From Phallusia mammillata (lineage: Eukaryota), in NCBI GenBank assembly GCA_965637545.1, contig OZ281494.1, positions 8,928,001 through 8,992,000 of the forward strand: a DNA stretch of 64,000 bases. The letters are read 5' to 3'. The notes below the pieces were generated by a model. That model searched no databases and was not told the origin of the DNA. It was given only the letters and a program-made list of their open reading frames with translations. The translations under genes and the position numbers were made by a program. How positions within the stretch are numbered: position 1 is the stretch's first letter; every line of letters starts with the position of its first letter. Of the stretch, positions 60,258 to 64,000 are shown piece by piece.

Positions 60258-63200
60258 TTATTTCTTCAAATCGTCGAACACCATTTCATATTCGAGTTTA
60301 GTTGAAGTAGTAGAATAAGCACCGGCTCGAAACTGAGTGGCTGCTGGGCAGAGATCTTGGGAACACCACCTAAAATTTTCATACGAATCAATTTTTAATC
60401 TGTCGGTCTAATCTATAATGCCTGTCTCGGATATGTACGACAATTTCCCCCTTGGCCTACATTTTTTACTTTGAGGAATTTACTAGAAGAGCTTTTCCCG
60501 CCCACTGCAAGAGTTGTTGCGATTTTTTCGCCTTTATACTCGGAATTCCTCTTAACCCTTTTTCAACGTAAGATTTTCTTTGTTGAGTTGTGTATTGGTG
60601 GTGCATGTCGACAGGTCATGTTTATGTCCAGTATTTGGCCAAGCACGCTTTGGTCATTATGACACCACACACGTATGACGTTACAACAAGCCGTGTTTCT
60701 TTGTTTAAATCAGTGGTTTCCAACCGGGGAAGAATTCGGTGTGTACATGTGGTTTGTAAATATACTTAAGCTCTGGGAATAGAACCAGTGAAATTATACC
60801 CAAATTTGAATGATCTTTATACGGTTTAGAATCTACTACGTAGTATATTGGGAAGGAATGAAAAACTGTTAAGTTAGGAATTAGTCGAAAAAGGTTGGGA
60901 ACCACTGGTTTAAATAATTCCGATTTTGGCCTTGCAAACAGTACACCTGGATCAATTACAGGAGTATAGTGGTTCTCAATCACCTCCATTATTGTCGAGT
61001 ACCAAGCTTATATGCTAGGCCAGCGTGGTCCAACTGAAGGCCCGCGAGATAATTTTGTTGGCCCGCGAAAGTCCCAACATTTTAATGACAACTATAAGTT
61101 TTGTCTTCAGTAATTCAATGTTTTTAATATATCAGAATTAACGCACACTAAATGCTATAAAATCACCTATTGTGACGCATGACAAGGCATTGTTATGTAA
61201 TAAAGGGTTCTGCTTCTCCAAACCGTTCAGGGGCATTTCTGCGCTAGAGTGGAAACTGTTTGACAGCTTCTACTAAGTAAATAACTATAAAGTATAAAAA
61301 TAAACTTATCTATAGGTAAAAAAGGTGTATAGTTACCCTAGAGTTGGCCCAGAAAAAGGTTTTTCCTGCAAAAATTTAAACCTTGGCCCGCGTAGTAAGT
61401 TAACGATTTTAAATAGCCCGCAACAAAATAAAGTTGGACCACACTGTGCTAGGCCAAGTACCTAAAGTTAAGACTTACATAGCGGCGGCGTGGGCATCAG
61501 CTGGTGTGGCATATTCCCAGGCTGCGTGTTCCAACATCAAAAGAGCGGCGAATATTCTCGTCATGCTGTATGAGAAATCACGAGCCGCAACAAACATCGT
61601 GTCTGAACCTTGCGTTGAAGTCTACAATTACAAACGAATTAGGCATGAATTTTAAATCAGCTGACTTAAATTCGCTTGGTGTAAGACAAAATAGCGACAC
61701 AATGACACTGAACAATCACCAACCTTGAAGTAGTTGCGCAATGTTGAAACGGTATGAAACGCAGAGACAGTGGAGGGCACAATTTGGTGGATGATAGCTT
61801 AACGCGGTGCAGCTACACCATATTATAAAGCGTTATGGGACTGGGGCCCACAAGAAAGTAAGATTGACACATTGTGAGTAAACACGACTGTCAAATGCGC
61901 TACAGGTACACCGTATTTCAAGAAAAAAAGCTTTTGTTCGTTTTTTTGCTGGCTTTATTCGATGCTTGCGTTTAAATTTCATTTATTGTCGAAAGTTATG
62001 TTTTTACAAATACATTGACTCGTATGTTTCTGGTCAAAATACATCCGTTGCTTTTCTGACTTCTCGAGGCCGAAAGTTTACAAAGCATGTACAAGACCAA
62101 TCGTTTCAGGGGACGAAAGGTGAAAAATTGCCATTTAACGTTTACCCATGGACTTTGTATTGAAAATCACAAACAGTGCTCACCTGACTAATGAAGGCTC
62201 GCAAATCTCCAGCCGCGATATGAACTTTGGCGATTGGACTTCGCAATTGACCCTTGCTTTTGTCACTTACGTCGCCCAGCCTCCTGTTTATTGCCGCGAA
62301 AAACGAATTCAGGACCTAAAATGAAAGCAATGAAACGGGTTACTTCTGTAAAAGTTTGGTTCGATGAAGAGCCGTACTTGTATATTTACATATAATTTAT
62401 GGCAAACTCATATTTAAAAAGACACTTGCCGTAGGAAAATATATAGCACAAATAAACAAATATCTGCATAGGGTAGAACACGTGAACGAAGCCTAAAAGC
62501 CGTGGTTTTTTAATGATTTTACATTATTGTTGCCCCAGGGAATAAATACATCAATTCAATTTATAAATTATATTTAAAAAAAAGAAATTACTAAATGTAA
62601 CATAGAATGGTGACTTCATGAAACTTCAAGATAATATAGTAAGCCCCCTTAAAATTTATAATCACACCTTTGGGGTGTAATTACCCACAGTTTACGAACC
62701 ACTTCGTAAAGGTAATTAAATATAAATGAACTGTTTTGACCAAGATTAAAAAAGTATTACCATTGTGTAGTCCACTAAACCAGTTGTTAAACTATGATAA
62801 TAACAAGTTTTGTGCGTGTGATTTCAGTTAACGTACCTGGCCTTTTGATTTGGCGATAGCGCGTAGTGCGTCCAGTGAAAGTACATTGGTGGTTCCTTCC
62901 CAAATACTTAAAACTTGTGCATCGCGAAGAAATGTGGGAAGACCGGTGTCCTCTAAATATCCCGCTCCACCAAAACTTTCTAAACCTTCTGATGCTGCAG
63001 CAACTGCCTGAAACATTTTTTATGGCCTGTTAACTTTGTTGTCTGCATAAAATGTATAGTAAAATGTTTAAGTGCGTTATAGAAGTCAGCCATAGAGGTG
63101 ACTCGAGTTTGAGCAAAGGTTGTGAGGCATCGGTACCGTTTAAGTGCCAAAGATAAATATAAAAGCTAGAAGTTCAAAGTTTAATGCAACTTATTTCCCA

Positions 63201-63544
63201 ACTCTATACATCCGTATTCTCGCCGAAAGGGTTTCAGTTTTCTGGGAAATACCTTTAAACAACACGTTATCGTTAAGAGTGCATACATAATGTACTGTAA
63301 CATTACCTAAACAAAACAATATCACATAGCTGAGTGAACAAAATAAATAGAAGTATGATTATTTTTTGAGTTTATGTAGCTAGATCCCACCTGCTTGGCA
63401 GTGTAGAGTTTGCATAGTGGAGTAACAATTCGAAGAAGGTCGCGCTCCTCATCACTTCCACCACTAGGTGTCGCTTCCGTGATACCGAGCAGTCGAACAA
63501 CTTCAAATGATAACAGAAATGCCGCTCGACTTTCCATATCCCAT
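60258..63544 (-). CDS. AidB-like acyl-CoA dehydrogenase family protein, 3' five exons (5' part outside the window)
   Basis: Exons (minus) 63391-63544, 62837-63007, 62184-62315, 61479-61621, 60258-60369 are phase-consistent: ..[67 protein letters not shown].. [23 protein letters not shown].. [16 protein letters not shown]. This is the ACAD C-terminal domain signature in the AidB-like flavour (IWEG). Confidence 0.88.
60711..60907. mobile_element. hAT (Buster-type) MITE, 197 bp
   Basis: TIRs cagtggtttccaacc / ggttgggaaccactg; perfect TSD gtttaaat. Confidence 0.9.
61021..61446. mobile_element. hAT (Buster/Charlie-type) MITE, 426 bp
   Basis: TIRs cagcgtggtccaac / gttggaccacactg; perfect TSD tgctaggc; subterminal ggcccgcg repeats. 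Confidence 0.9.
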
Positions 63545-64000
63545 CTGCAAGAAAATGTAATTTGTTTTTTTTCGTTCAAAACAACTGAATCAGACTTTTT
63601 CTTGGACCCACCAAGGCTACATTTGATTTTTTAAACTTGTTGCACCAAGTGCTTAAAAAGCGAGCTACCAATTGGCATTACAATCTTTGCCCCCAAGTGT
63701 ACAAAAATAACACCATACAAATCACAATTCACAATGTAATTTAGGCACATCCCAAATGTTGTAATTGTTAATAATTGATAATGCAGTAATGTGACATTTT
63801 CGATTTCCAATAAGAAACGTTTTATAACCTGAGCGATACCTTAGCAAGAACTACATTTGACGCAAAAAGCTGATCTAGGGCTTTTAAATCCTTTCCTTCA
63901 AAACTCACCTTTATATTATTATTTAAATATGAAACTATTTTTACTGTTTGCCTTAAGTTTCTATTGTCCACTTCAGTTTAAGAAGCCCTGCTCGAGTACA

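Noticed and set aside
60705-60989. 94-aa minus-strand ORF as the last ACAD exon
   Set aside because: It runs through a MITE and its acceptor phase does not fit; the exon at 60258-60369 fits phase 2 and gives the family-like WCSQDLCP ending.
1-64000. CRISPR arrays, rRNA, intact tRNA genes, DNA transposase ORFs, viral genes
   Set aside because: None seen: no regularly spaced repeat-spacer units, no rRNA-like conserved text, and no DDE transposase ORF.

Overview
AT-rich, intron-containing animal DNA. An invertebrate chordate such as an ascidian fits best, but that is inference only. I rebuilt six host genes by hand using GT-AG junctions and reading-phase consistency: (1) the last two exons of an unidentified coiled-coil gene (+, stop at 1317); (2) GTPBP2 (+, 10 coding exons, 3114-9810, about 622 aa); (3) an intronless BTB + 4xC2H2 ZBTB-type gene (-, 11386-12444); (4) an intronless SNRNP40 (+, 15103-16140); (5) a 40-kb cytospin/SPECC1(L) gene (+, 20 coding exons, 18835-58832, about 1122 aa, C-terminal CH domain); (6) the 3' five exons of an AidB-like acyl-CoA dehydrogenase (-, 60258-63544, continuing out of the window). 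Mobile DNA: a young, 5'-truncated Ingi/Vingi-like non-LTR retrotransposon with an uninterrupted 825-codon ORF, antisense in a cytospin intron; about 16 MITEs (hAT Buster-type, Ac-type and Blackjack-like, plus one six-copy Tc1/mariner-type family); and a Penelope-type inverted-repeat relic carrying a degenerate minimal hammerhead ribozyme. I found no CRISPR array, rRNA or convincing tRNA, and no clearly novel multi-gene system. The best leads are the hammerhead relic, a MITE carrying paired ZNF143/Staf sites and hairpins, a DR4+IR1 nuclear-receptor cluster, candidate alternative first exons of cytospin, uORFs in GTPBP2 and sharp CpG-domain boundaries. All coordinates were counted by hand.
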